Shown: positions 39,014 to 48,253 of the stretch, piece after piece | Numbering within the stretch: position 1 is the first letter of the stretch | How the letters are laid out: the number at the start of each line of letters is the position of its first letter | Source: Candidatus Hydrogenedentota bacterium | GTDB lineage: Bacteria; Hydrogenedentota; Hydrogenedentia; Hydrogenedentales; SLHB01 | Direction of reading: 5' to 3' | NCBI GenBank assembly: GCA_045863335.1 | Contig: BTVY01000024.1 | Coordinates: 40,034 to 104,033 of the forward strand | DNA: 64,000 nucleotides | Made by a program: the position numbers and the translations under genes | The notes under the pieces: model-generated | The model's input: the letters and a program-made list of their open reading frames with translations, nothing else | Database searches by the model: none | What the model was told of the DNA's origin: nothing

Positions 39014-40570
39014 CCGTCGAATCGTGGCGTTGTGGTCGGGGAGACGGCGTTGATCGCGGTCTTCGGAAGCCGATTCGCAGAGGCCGCTCCGGCGAGCTTA
39101 TTGTCTGAATTGGGGCGGGTGGCCCTGGCGGGAACGGCGGGCAACGCGACGACTGCCGCATCGGTTGCCGGCGTTACCGGAGGAATTCTTGTGATGAAGA
39201 ACACGGTTATTGGAGCTGCTGTGCTTGCTTCGGTTCTACTCGCAGCTTGGTACCTTGCCAGCGGAACGCGCACTGCCCCGCAACCCGCGGAGGATAGCGG
39301 TCCAGCGCCAACGGCTTCTGCGCCGGAAGTTCGACAACGGGCTACACTGGACACAACAGAATTGGCGGGCGCAATGGAAACCGCGCTTGGCAATGTGCGA
39401 CCCGAGCGAGAGTCGATCGATGCGCCTTCGGAAGGCGCAGTCGTGGAGGGCGTCGTGCGCGATCAACAAGGCGCTCCCGTTGCGGACGCAAGCATCCACA
39501 TCGCGGACAACCCGACGCAGGACAACGTCCTCGACAAGCCCGCAGTCACGCACACTGATAGTGGCGGCCAATTTCGCATTGCCCATGTAAATCCGGAAGT
39601 CCACATGGTCTTAGCGGATCACCCTGCCTATGCACCCGGGTGGACCGGCATCAAGCCGGAAGCCGATACGACCGCGCAGGTCGAGATCCTGCTGACGCGC
39701 GGCGGGGCCATCGAAGGCGTTGTCACTTCCGGCGGGATTCCACAGGCGGACGCTTTTGTCAGCGCGTGGCTCGATGCATCCGGGCACTCCGACCAAACCG
39801 ACGCGGAAGGCAGATACACGCTGCCGCGTGTGCCGACCGGCGAATGGGTCATCAACCTCATTCTCAAGGGGGAGGATGGTGTGCAGCGCGAGGTGAAGGG
39901 TTCCGTCGTCGTGGAGGATGATACGATTACGCCTCTCGATTTCCATCTGCAACCCGCCGTCACCGATCTTTCGGGAACGGTGCGTCTTCGCGGTGAAACA
40001 GTCCAGGGCGGTTACGTGACCCTGCTCATCGGAAGCGAACAAGGCTTTCGGGAGCAACGAAGGGAATCGTTGGACGACTCGGGGACGTATACGTTTGAGC
40101 GCGTGCCGGCGGGACCCGCGGAGCTTTCTGTTACGGCGATCCCGCAGGGCCATGCGCCGTATTTTCGGCGTCGCAGCTTCGACATTCGGCCCGGCGTGTC
40201 GAACGTCTACGACGTAGACATCTGGCCCGGAACGGGCGTCATTTCAGGGTCCGTTCAGTTAGAGAATCCGAGGGAAAACGGTGCGATTCTGCTGCTGGAT
40301 GGTGAGTTCGATCCGGCGGAGTTCTCGCGCAGTACGCTTCTTTACATCGACTTTGAGAAGGTCGGTATTTCGCAGAAACCGATGGAGCCCTATCGGTTCG
40401 ATGAACTCGAGGCCGGAACCTATACATTGCTCGCTCTCATTTATTCGGACGAGACTGCCATGTCGAATACGGTCGATCCCCTGGCCACGGCGCTGATCGA
40501 CATTCAGACCATCGAACTGGCGGATGGCGCGGAAGTGGAAGTTGACTTGGTGCCGGCTGCGGTGCGTTAG
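39014..40570 (+). CDS. Carboxypeptidase-regulatory-like repeat protein; 5'-truncated ECF sigma fusion, probably translated from ATG 39194
   Basis: 5' part matches the post-sigma4 linker of 18522-21599. GGAGGA RBS at 39179 before GTG-ATG-AAG. TM followed by GVVRDQQGAPVADA-type repeats. Confidence 0.78.
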   Translation, partial: PSNRGVVVGETALIAVFGSRFAEAAPASLLSELGRVALAGTAGNATTAASVAGVTGGILVMKNTVIGAAVLASVLLAAWYLASGTRTAPQPAEDSGPAPTASAPEVRQRATLDTTELAGAMETALGNVRPERESIDAPSEGAVVEGVVRDQQGAPVADASIHIADNPTQDNVLDKPAVTHTDSGGQFRIAHVNPEVHMVLADHPAYAPGWTGIKPEADTTAQVEILLTRGGAIEGVVTSGGIPQADAFVSAWLDASGHSDQTDAEGRYTLPRVPTGEWVINLILKGEDGVQREVKGSVVVEDDTITPLDFHLQPAVTDLSGTVRLRGETVQGGYVTLLIGSEQGFREQRRESLDDSGTYTFERVPAGPAELSVTAIPQGHAPYFRRRSFDIRPGVSNVYDVDIWPGTGVISGSVQLENPRENGAILLLDGEFDPAEFSRSTLLYIDFEKVGISQKPMEPYRFDELEAGTYTLLALIYSDETAMSNTVDPLATALIDIQTIELADGAEVEVDLVPAAVR

Positions 40571-40633
40571 TGTAACGAGTTTGAATTTCGTGTAATTTCT
40601 TAGCCGTTTGATAGAGCGTTCTTCACCCCTCAC

Positions 40634-40755
40634 CGTCACCCCCGCGCAGGCGGGGGTCCATCTTTGTTGGCGGTGTACGTGAGACGCGGCTGCGGGCCGG
40701 TTGTGCGTCGTGCTTGGTTAACTGAAGATGGGTCCCCGCCTGCGCGGGGATGACG
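40634..40755. repeat. Inverted REP doublet (GTCAxCCCCGCGCAGGCGGGG family)
   Basis: CGTCACCCCCGCGCAGGCGGGGGTCCATCT ... AGATGGGTCCCCGCCTGCGCGGGGATGACG. Confidence 0.88.
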
Positions 40756-40875
40756 TTGCGGGGAGATTACGCAGGTCTCGGCGTGCTAATTCCTCGACGC
40801 GCTACCTCCTTGTAGTTCGCTGGCCTTGGGGCTATGATACGCGTTCAATCAATCTTCAATCCGAGGACTAAAACC

Positions 40876-41667
40876 ATGCCCGAGCGACATCCTCACGGCC
40901 AGATTACTGTCGAAGTGCGCGATCATATTCTGCTCATGGGCATCGACCGCGCGGAGAAGCGCAACGGCTTTACGCCCAAGATGGTTCATGAACTGACGGA
41001 CGCCTACAACCGGCTCGAAAACGAAGACGATCTCTGGTGCGGCGTGCTCTTCGCCCACGGCGATCACTTCACGGGTGGACTCGACCTGCCCATGTTCGCC
41101 GAGAGCTTCGCGAAGAACGAGAACTTCTTCACCGGCAAAGGTGTCGACATTCTGGGACTCGAGAAGAAGTGCAGCAAGCCGCTGGTTTGCGCGGTGCAGG
41201 GCATCACCTACACGATCGGGATCGAACTGATGCTTGCGTGCGACATCGTCGTGGCGGCGAAGGATTGCCGCTTCTCCCAACTCGAACCCAAGCGCGGAAT
41301 CATGGCGGTCGGCGGCGCGACCATGCGCTTTGTTCAACGCTGCGGTTGGGGAAACGCCATGTACCACCTGCTCACGGCCGACGAGTTCAACGCGGACGAG
41401 GCGTATCGCATCGGACTCGTGCAGGAAGTTGTCGAACCCGGCGCGCAGGTCGAACGCGCCATTAAACTCGCGGAAACCATCAATACGTGTGCGCCGCTCG
41501 CCGTGCGCGCTACGATTGCATCGTCCCGCCTCTACCTCGACGAGGGCGAACGCGCCGCGTACGAACAATTCGGCCCCACCCAGGCGCGGCTCGGACAATC
41601 CGAGGATTTCCAGGAAGGCATCCAATCTTTTGTGGAGCGGCGCAAAGCGGAATTCAGAGGTCGCTAA
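40876..41667 (+). CDS. Crotonase/enoyl-CoA hydratase family protein
   Basis: DRAEKRNG, HFTGGLDL, GIELMLACDIVVA, EPKRGI, APLAV. Confidence 0.92.
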   Translation: MPERHPHGQITVEVRDHILLMGIDRAEKRNGFTPKMVHELTDAYNRLENEDDLWCGVLFAHGDHFTGGLDLPMFAESFAKNENFFTGKGVDILGLEKKCSKPLVCAVQGITYTIGIELMLACDIVVAAKDCRFSQLEPKRGIMAVGGATMRFVQRCGWGNAMYHLLTADEFNADEAYRIGLVQEVVEPGAQVERAIKLAETINTCAPLAVRATIASSRLYLDEGERAAYEQFGPTQARLGQSEDFQEGIQSFVERRKAEFRGR

Positions 41668-41701
41668 CCCGAACTTCCTCTCGCGTTCGCGCCAAGAACA
41701 G

Positions 41702-41739
41702 CGCGAGCGCGGGAACCATACTGAGTTCCCGCGCCCGCG
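41702..41739. terminator. GC-rich hairpin between convergent crotonase and degP genes
   Basis: CGCGAGCGCGGGAAC / GTTCCCGCGCCCGCG stem. Confidence 0.6.
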
Positions 41740-41772
41740 AAACACCAACCAGGAGAGCGTTGGTGGGTTAGG

Positions 41773-43278
41773 TTACTTGATGGTGACGTACCGCGAACCG
41801 CCTTCCGCGTCTTCCACACGCAGCAAGGTGCCGCGCCCTTCTACGCCTTTGTCCATGGCTTGGCGGAAGTCGTTCACATTCTGTACCGTCTGGCGGTTTA
41901 CTTCCGTGATCAGCATGCCGGGACGAAGGCCCGCCATGGCCGCTGCAGAACCGCGCACAACCTGACCGATTACAACGCCGGACTTGTTTTCGTACCCGAG
42001 GCGCTGGGCGGTTTCGTCTGTTAGATTCTCGATGGTGATACCGATCTTCTTGCCCTGTGCTTCGGCCTGCACCGCGGCACCGCCGGTGGATTTCATCTCG
42101 TCGCCTTTCATCTCGCCGATGGTGACCTGCTTGGACATGCGCTTGCCGTCGCGAATGATGGTGAGATCGACTTCTTCACCCGCCGGTGTAGTCGCCACAT
42201 GGCTGCGGAAGGAACCGGACGCAACGACGGGTTTGCCTTCATATTCGACGATAACGTCGTCTTTTTTCAGGCCTGCGCGATCGGCCGGAGTATCGGGCAC
42301 CACGGATGCCACGAGCACGCCCTGGCTTTCGTCCACGTTGAACCATTCCGCCAAATCAGGGGTCAGGTTCTGAATGCCGATACCGAGGAACCCGCGCGTT
42401 ACCGCGCCGTCTTCACGGAGTTCATCAACGACGTAACGCACCATGTTGATCGGGATGGCAAAGCCAATCCCCATGTTCCCGCCGCTGCGGCTCAGAATGG
42501 CGGTGTTCATGCCGATGACTTCGCCGTTGAGGTTCAAGAGCGGACCGCCCGAGTTGCCCGGGTTGATCGCCGCGTCGGTTTGGATGAAGTCGGCGTAGTC
42601 CACGATTCCCACATCGCCGCGGCCGCGGGCGCTCACGATACCGGCGGTCACGGTATGTTGAAGACCGAAGGGGCTGCCAATCGCCACGACCCATTCACCG
42701 ACCTGGATCGCGTCGGAATCGCCGAACCTTAACGTGGGAAGATCTTTCGCGTCGACCTTAATCAACGCGACTTCCGTCTGCGGGTCAGAGCCGATTACTT
42801 CGGCATCGAATTCGCGCCCGTCGTCCAACCGCACCTCGACCACGTCCGCGCCGTCGACCACGTGACTGTTGGTGACGATATACCCGTCTTCGGACATAAT
42901 GAAGCCGGTGCCTTCACCGTAGGCAAAAGGCGTACCGCCCGGCGCCGGGCTATCGGGTCCACCCGGAATCTGGAATCCCGGTCCAAAGAACCGCTCGAAC
43001 AGATCGCCCGGCGTCATTCCCGGCCCTTGCGTTGGTTGCAAGTCACGGCTCATGTCCTTTTTCACGCGAATGGAAACAACGGCCGGAGATGCTTCCGCGG
43101 ACAGGCCGACAAAGGCCTCGCTCAGATTGTTCAGTGTCGACAGTGCCTCCTTCGACGGACCGTCCACCTGCGCGATAGCAGGGGACGATGACATCAGGCT
43201 CGGCACCGCCGCCACCAGCCCGACTGCCATGACGGCAATCAAAGCTGATTTGATTTTGTGTGTGCTCAGGTAGCTCAT
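41773..43278 (-). CDS. degP: Periplasmic serine protease DegP/Do with two PDZ domains
   Basis: GTGFI, TNSHVV, IQTDAAINPGNSGGPL, GIGFAIP, two PDZ domains. Confidence 0.94.
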   Translation of the reverse strand: MSYLSTHKIKSALIAVMAVGLVAAVPSLMSSSPAIAQVDGPSKEALSTLNNLSEAFVGLSAEASPAVVSIRVKKDMSRDLQPTQGPGMTPGDLFERFFGPGFQIPGGPDSPAPGGTPFAYGEGTGFIMSEDGYIVTNSHVVDGADVVEVRLDDGREFDAEVIGSDPQTEVALIKVDAKDLPTLRFGDSDAIQVGEWVVAIGSPFGLQHTVTAGIVSARGRGDVGIVDYADFIQTDAAINPGNSGGPLLNLNGEVIGMNTAILSRSGGNMGIGFAIPINMVRYVVDELREDGAVTRGFLGIGIQNLTPDLAEWFNVDESQGVLVASVVPDTPADRAGLKKDDVIVEYEGKPVVASGSFRSHVATTPAGEEVDLTIIRDGKRMSKQVTIGEMKGDEMKSTGGAAVQAEAQGKKIGITIENLTDETAQRLGYENKSGVVIGQVVRGSAAAMAGLRPGMLITEVNRQTVQNVNDFRQAMDKGVEGRGTLLRVEDAEGGSRYVTIK

Positions 43279-43363
43279 AAAGCCACTCCTTTCTTGTATG
43301 TGAATCTAGGTGAGCGAATCGTGCGGGCCCGTTCACCAGCCGCGTGACTCGCGGCGAACAAGG

Positions 43364-43379
43364 AGCAACCGCCATGCCG
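43364..43379 (-). promoter_or_regulatory. Putative sigma54 -24/-12 promoter for degP
   Basis: Minus strand CGGCAT-GGCGG-TTGCT (GG-N10-GC). Confidence 0.55.
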
Positions 43380-43650
43380 AACTGGGAAAAGAAGGAGCAA
43401 CCTAAACGGTATGAAGCATTTAGCGCATATAACCCCCACAGCAGCCGTCACTCTGTTACCCGAGTTGAGGTATGGCTTCGCTGAGTTGAGGCACGGTTAT
43501 ACACGGGTGCGAGTTACTGGACGAATCCCGGATATTGGGTAGGTAATTCTCGCCGAAGGAAAGGCAAAAGCTGCCGAGATTCCGGGGGCACTCCAATCGC
43601 TCGCTTATGCAACTCAACCTTTAGCAACGACATAGCAATGTGTGATCGCG

Positions 43651-43666
43651 TGGCACAGGGGTTGCT
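43651..43666 (+). promoter_or_regulatory. sigma54 -24/-12 promoter of the flagellar operon
   Basis: TGGCAC-AGGGG-TTGCT is an exact consensus match, about 110 bp upstream of flgB. Confidence 0.8.
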
Positions 43667-43776
43667 CCTGCCTTTGAGACGGAGAATCTCTGACGGAGAG
43701 ATCTCACAGATTGTAGCCGGGGCGGTCCTGGCCGGCCGTCCCGGCTCGATGAGAAGTTTCAGGGGAGTATTCATCA

Positions 43777-44169
43777 GTGGCATTTGCGGGTGTCGACACG
43801 GTTTCGCTGTTGACGGCGGGGATGAAGGTTGCGGTGCGTAACCAGTCCCTCATCGCCAACAACATCGCCAACGTGGATACCCCAAAGTATAACCCGGCCC
43901 GCCTGGACTTTCAGGCGAGCCTGCGAGATGCCCTCGAGGGGCGGGGCCCCGTCGCACTCCGCACGACCATGGCCCGGCACCTCGACGCAACTCGCGAAAT
44001 GCCACGTTTTGAACGCCTTGCGCTTTCGTCGAAAAATGATTACAATAAGGTCGATTTAGAGCAGGAAATGGCTGATTTGGCCGAAAATACCGGAAAGTAC
44101 ACAACATATAGTAGCCTCTTGGCCAAGCACTTCCGGATGGTCAAGGACATGCTGTCCGGCCTGCGCTAA
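43777..44169 (+). CDS. flgB: Flagellar basal-body rod protein FlgB
   Basis: LIANNIANVDTPKY, NDYNKVDLEQEM. Confidence 0.93.
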   Translation: MAFAGVDTVSLLTAGMKVAVRNQSLIANNIANVDTPKYNPARLDFQASLRDALEGRGPVALRTTMARHLDATREMPRFERLALSSKNDYNKVDLEQEMADLAENTGKYTTYSSLLAKHFRMVKDMLSGLR

Positions 44170-44185
44170 GTAACGGTGGGGTAAT

Positions 44186-44605
44186 ATGTTAGAGGCGGTT
44201 TCGGCACGGGATATCGCGGTAACAGGGCTTCGCGCTCAGCGGACCCGTATGAACATTATCGCGCAGAATATTGCCAACGCCATGTCGCCGGTCACGGCCA
44301 AGGGCGGCGCGTTCCGGCGGCAGATGGCCGTCCTGGAGGCCGACCAGATTACCCCGATCACGAAGCCGGATAAGTTCGGGGTGCGGGTGAAACAGATCGC
44401 CAGTGACCCTTCCCCGCTTCGCCGGGTATTCGAACCCAATAATCCCGTTGCCGACGAAGACGGGTACGTGGAGTATCCCAACATCGATTTGTCAGTGGAG
44501 ATGGTCGATTTGGTTTCTGCCCAGCGGGCGTATGAAGCGAACGTAGCAGTGGTGCTGTCAAGCAAACGGATTTCTCAGAAGGCGTTGGACATCCTTCAGG
44601 TGTAG
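44186..44605 (+). CDS. flgC: Flagellar basal-body rod protein FlgC
   Basis: GLRAQRTRMNIIAQNIANA, ADEDGYVEYPN, EMVDLVSAQRAYEAN. Confidence 0.95.
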   Translation: MLEAVSARDIAVTGLRAQRTRMNIIAQNIANAMSPVTAKGGAFRRQMAVLEADQITPITKPDKFGVRVKQIASDPSPLRRVFEPNNPVADEDGYVEYPNIDLSVEMVDLVSAQRAYEANVAVVLSSKRISQKALDILQV

Positions 44606-44616
44606 CGTGAACGACG

Positions 44617-44937
44617 ATGAGTGAACCTTTCAAAGTAGGCGGGATACAACCTCAACGGATCGAAATTGATCCGTCGCAGATGCGGACTGCCAAACCTGCG
44701 CCGTCTTCGGTGGAAGGCAAGTCGTTCAAGGATGTGCTCACCGAATCGATTAGCGAAGTGCAGCGCCTGCAAACCGAAGCGGACACGACCATCAAGAAGC
44801 TCGTGGCGGGAGAGATTAAGGACGTAACCGAAGCGGTCGTCGCGGTGGAGAAGGCCGACGTGTCTTTTCAGACGATGATGGCGGTTCGGAACAAGATTGT
44901 TGCCGCATACGAAGAGATCATGCGGATGCAATTGTAA
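44617..44937 (+). CDS. fliE: Flagellar hook-basal body protein FliE
   Basis: SFKDVL...VRNKIVAAYEEIMRMQL. Confidence 0.95.
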   Translation: MSEPFKVGGIQPQRIEIDPSQMRTAKPAPSSVEGKSFKDVLTESISEVQRLQTEADTTIKKLVAGEIKDVTEAVVAVEKADVSFQTMMAVRNKIVAAYEEIMRMQL

Positions 44938-44993
44938 ACGCGAGGCACGGGTCGGCCAGCCCGGCTTCGCACAACAGTCGAAGAGAGAGGTCT

Positions 44994-45449
44994 GTGAGGG
45001 TTCTCCGTCAACTCGCAGTCGTAGCCCGCGCCTATTGGCACAACGTGCCCGTATGTGACCGGCGACGCTGCGTGGCCGTCTCGCTCCTGGTGCCGTTGGC
45101 GGCGCTAGCCGCTTACGACGCCCGGCCCCGGCCCGTGGAAACACAGCCCAAGCTGGTGCCCATGGTATCGGGATTGACCGCGCGGGAAGCGGATATGCTT
45201 CGCGTTCTGCTGGAGTCGAGACGGGTCCCGTTTGAGATTCGGGACGGCGGGCAGACTGTATTGGTGCCGGCCGACCGACGCGCGGAGTTGACAGTTGAGT
45301 TGACCCAGAACGCCCCGACGGCCACCACCCCTCCGGACTGGAAAATCACGACTTCACCCGGTGTGGACTGGACGTTGCGGGATCCTCGTCCGTTGCCGGT
45401 CGAAGGGAGCCGTCGTGTCCCGGCGCAAGACACGGCGGAGCGCGAATGA
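44994..45449 (+). CDS. Mini-FliF paralog (N-terminus, TM1 and RBM1 only)
   Basis: Aligns to the first ~100 aa of the adjacent FliF (LRQL..W; GL...VPFEIRDGGQTVLVP vs GL...VPYRVVDGGQAVEVP). GAGAGG RBS. Confidence 0.7.
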   Translation: MRVLRQLAVVARAYWHNVPVCDRRRCVAVSLLVPLAALAAYDARPRPVETQPKLVPMVSGLTAREADMLRVLLESRRVPFEIRDGGQTVLVPADRRAELTVELTQNAPTATTPPDWKITTSPGVDWTLRDPRPLPVEGSRRVPAQDTAERE

Positions 45450-45591
45450 CTCGGGCGGGTCATCCGCGAACGGATCGAGGATGGGATGTTTTGGGTGTTG
45501 CGCTCAAATCGCGTGATATCGCAGAACGGGACCAGACCCGGCGGCGGCGGCTCAATCGAGCATCGGCGTCGAGGCAGGAAAGGCTTCACCT

Positions 45592-47154
45592 GTGGAATTT
45601 TTGCGCCAACTCTGGGGCGGAATAGCCCAAGCCTGGCAGCGGCTCTCCACGAGCGCGCGTGTCAACATCGCCCTCGCATTTCTTTTCACTGTCGCCATCG
45701 TAGGCAGCATGGTGTATTTCGGCAGCCGTCCCCAGTATGTGACCCTCTTTGACGGTCTCGGCCCGGAAGACATGGTGGCGATCCAAACCCAACTGGATGA
45801 CGAGAACGTGCCATACCGGGTCGTGGACGGGGGTCAAGCTGTCGAAGTCCCGGTTAGCGACCGCAGCCGTTTGCGCGTCATGCTCCTGGCCGCGGGTGTC
45901 CCCAAGACGCAGGGTACCCTGGCAGGATACGAAACCCTCGGTGCGACGAACTTCATGCAGAATCAGTTCGCCCAGGAGAAGGGGTATCAGATTGCGCTGA
46001 TGGGCCAGCTCCAGCGCATGCTGAACGAGTTCAGCTTCGTGGACAAGTCTTTCGTCCAGATTACCGAAGCCAAAGAAGAGATATTTTCCGATTCGCAGAA
46101 GCCGTCTGAAGCCACCGTGACCCTCAAAGTCAATCGCCCTCTCAAAGAAGAAGACATCAAGGCCGTCCTGGGATGCATCAGCACCTTCGGCGGGGCGAAT
46201 CTGACGCGGGAGAACATCAACCTCGTCACGGTCGATGGTCGAGTGCTGAACGCGCCCTCGGAGGACGATTTCGATACCATCGCGAATTCCCGTCTCGCGT
46301 ACATGAAGAATTACAAGAATGCGCTGGAACAGAGCGCCGAGGATGCGCTCCGGCAAATCGGCGTGCGCAGCGTGGTTCGCGTGAGCCTCGATATCGACAA
46401 CAGCAGCGTCAAAGAACTTCGGGAAGAAGTCGAAAGCGGCGCCGTCGTGAGCAGCCTCACCTCCGAATCCAGCACGCAGAACATAGATTCCCTGCCGGAA
46501 GGCCCTGCCGGAGCGCGCGCCAACCTTCCCGCGGACGCACCGGTACCCGGCGGCACCGGCACGGTGCAGACCGATTCGCAGACCCTTGAAAACTTTGAAC
46601 CTTCGCGCACGACGACCGAGACCATTACGGGACCGGGCGATGTGGCGGTGACGCGGGTCACGGCCATCGTCGAAGGGCGTTACCAGGATGAAATGAGCCC
46701 GGAAGGGGAACCGACCGGAGAAAAGGCCTATGTCGAGCGGACCAACGACGAGATTGACACGTACACGGAACTGGTTGCGGCGGCGGTGGGAGTAGCCGAT
46801 GACAACATTGAAGTACGCGATCATCCCTTTGAACTGGAACAACTTGCCGCGGCGACCACGGCGTTCGACCGGGTGGAGACGGCCGCGTGGCAAGGCACTC
46901 TGTTACAATGGGGTGAGTACGCGCTGAAAGGCATTCTGATCATCGTGGCCTTCTTCGTCGTCCGGTATCTTGTGATGCGGGCCGCGGTCAGTCAGGACCA
47001 GGTCAAGGAGGAGGTCCACCTCGAGATTCAGCGCGCCACGCCGGAAGAGCGGCGGCGGCAAGAGATCGCGCAAGAGGTGGAGCGCGTCTCGCAAGATCAA
47101 CCCGAAGCGGTGGCCTCGTTGCTGCGCACGTGGTTGAGCGAGACCGAGGAGTAG
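45592..47154 (+). CDS. fliF: Flagellar M-ring protein FliF
   Basis: TM1, RBM1/2 (GYE...ALMGQLQRM...PSEATVTL), GARANL, TM2, PEAVASLLRTWL C-terminus. Confidence 0.92.
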   Translation: MEFLRQLWGGIAQAWQRLSTSARVNIALAFLFTVAIVGSMVYFGSRPQYVTLFDGLGPEDMVAIQTQLDDENVPYRVVDGGQAVEVPVSDRSRLRVMLLAAGVPKTQGTLAGYETLGATNFMQNQFAQEKGYQIALMGQLQRMLNEFSFVDKSFVQITEAKEEIFSDSQKPSEATVTLKVNRPLKEEDIKAVLGCISTFGGANLTRENINLVTVDGRVLNAPSEDDFDTIANSRLAYMKNYKNALEQSAEDALRQIGVRSVVRVSLDIDNSSVKELREEVESGAVVSSLTSESSTQNIDSLPEGPAGARANLPADAPVPGGTGTVQTDSQTLENFEPSRTTTETITGPGDVAVTRVTAIVEGRYQDEMSPEGEPTGEKAYVERTNDEIDTYTELVAAAVGVADDNIEVRDHPFELEQLAAATTAFDRVETAAWQGTLLQWGEYALKGILIIVAFFVVRYLVMRAAVSQDQVKEEVHLEIQRATPEERRRQEIAQEVERVSQDQPEAVASLLRTWLSETEE

Positions 47155-47158
47155 AACG

Positions 47159-48184
47159 ACGGCTAATCCACGCCACCAACTGATCAACCTCGATGGCCGA
47201 ACAAAAGCGGCCATCTTTCTGGCCTGCCTGGGTCCCCAGGTGGCGAGCAAGGTCATGTCCAAGCTGAGCGAAGAAGAAATCGAGCAGCTTACGCTGGACC
47301 TGTCGAGCCTGGGAACGGTCGAGCCGGAGATGCGCGAGGCGATCGTCGAGGAATTCCACCAGATGTACGTGGCCAACCGGTACGTCACGGCGGGCGGTAT
47401 CGAGTATGCCCGCCACGTGCTGGAAACGGCTCTGGGACCGGAGCGCGCGCTGGAGATTCTGACACGGCTACAAAGCAGTCTGCAGGAAGTCCCATTCGAG
47501 TTCTTGAAGCGCGCCGACCCTTCGCAGATCTGCACATTTATTCAGGACGAACATCCGCAGACGATCGCGTTGATTCTCGCGCACCTGGCGCCGAACGTCG
47601 CCAGTATCGTGCTGTCGGCATTGCCCCAGGAAATCCGCGCAGACGTCGTGCTCCGGATTGCATCCATGGACCGCACGCCGCCGGAGATCGTGCGCGAAGT
47701 GGAGCGCGTGCTCGAACGCAAGATGGCGTCGGTGTTCAGCCAGGGATTCACCTTTGCGGGCGGCGTAAAGGAAGTCGCGGAGATTCTGAACAGCATCGAT
47801 CGCGGCACGGAAAAGTCCATCATGGCCGAACTCGAGGAGCGCGACCCGGAACTGGCTGACGAAATCGCGCGGCTCATGTTTACCTTCGACGATTTGATCC
47901 ACGTGGACGACAGCGGCATTCAGAAGGCGCTTCGTGAAATCGAACAACGCGACCTCGCGCTGGCGTTGAAGACCGCTAACGAGGATCTAAGTGAGAAAAT
48001 ACTCCACAACATGTCTGAGCGCGCTCGCGAGATGATCAAGGAAGAAATGGAATACATGGGTCCGGTGCGCCTGCGTACGGTGGAAGAGGCCCAGCAGAAG
48101 ATTGTCAGCGTGATTCGGCGGCTCGAGGAATCGGGAGACGTCGTCATCTCTCGCGGGGGCGGGACAGACGAGATCGTCGTCTAG
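47159..48184 (+). CDS. fliG: Flagellar motor switch protein FliG (probable non-canonical ACG start)
   Basis: KAAIFLACLG, GGIEYA, EHPQTIALIL, MFTFDDL, MSERA, GPVRL motifs. SD GAGGAG lies 7 nt before ACG 47159. Confidence 0.93.
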   Translation, partial: TANPRHQLINLDGRTKAAIFLACLGPQVASKVMSKLSEEEIEQLTLDLSSLGTVEPEMREAIVEEFHQMYVANRYVTAGGIEYARHVLETALGPERALEILTRLQSSLQEVPFEFLKRADPSQICTFIQDEHPQTIALILAHLAPNVASIVLSALPQEIRADVVLRIASMDRTPPEIVREVERVLERKMASVFSQGFTFAGGVKEVAEILNSIDRGTEKSIMAELEERDPELADEIARLMFTFDDLIHVDDSGIQKALREIEQRDLALALKTANEDLSEKILHNMSERAREMIKEEMEYMGPVRLRTVEEAQQKIVSVIRRLEESGDVVISRGGGTDEIVV

Positions 48185-48253
48185 TCGTTGCATCGAGATG
48201 CGGACTGGGCGCGCCGCGTGAAGACACGCGGCACCACGACAGGAAGAGTGCCC

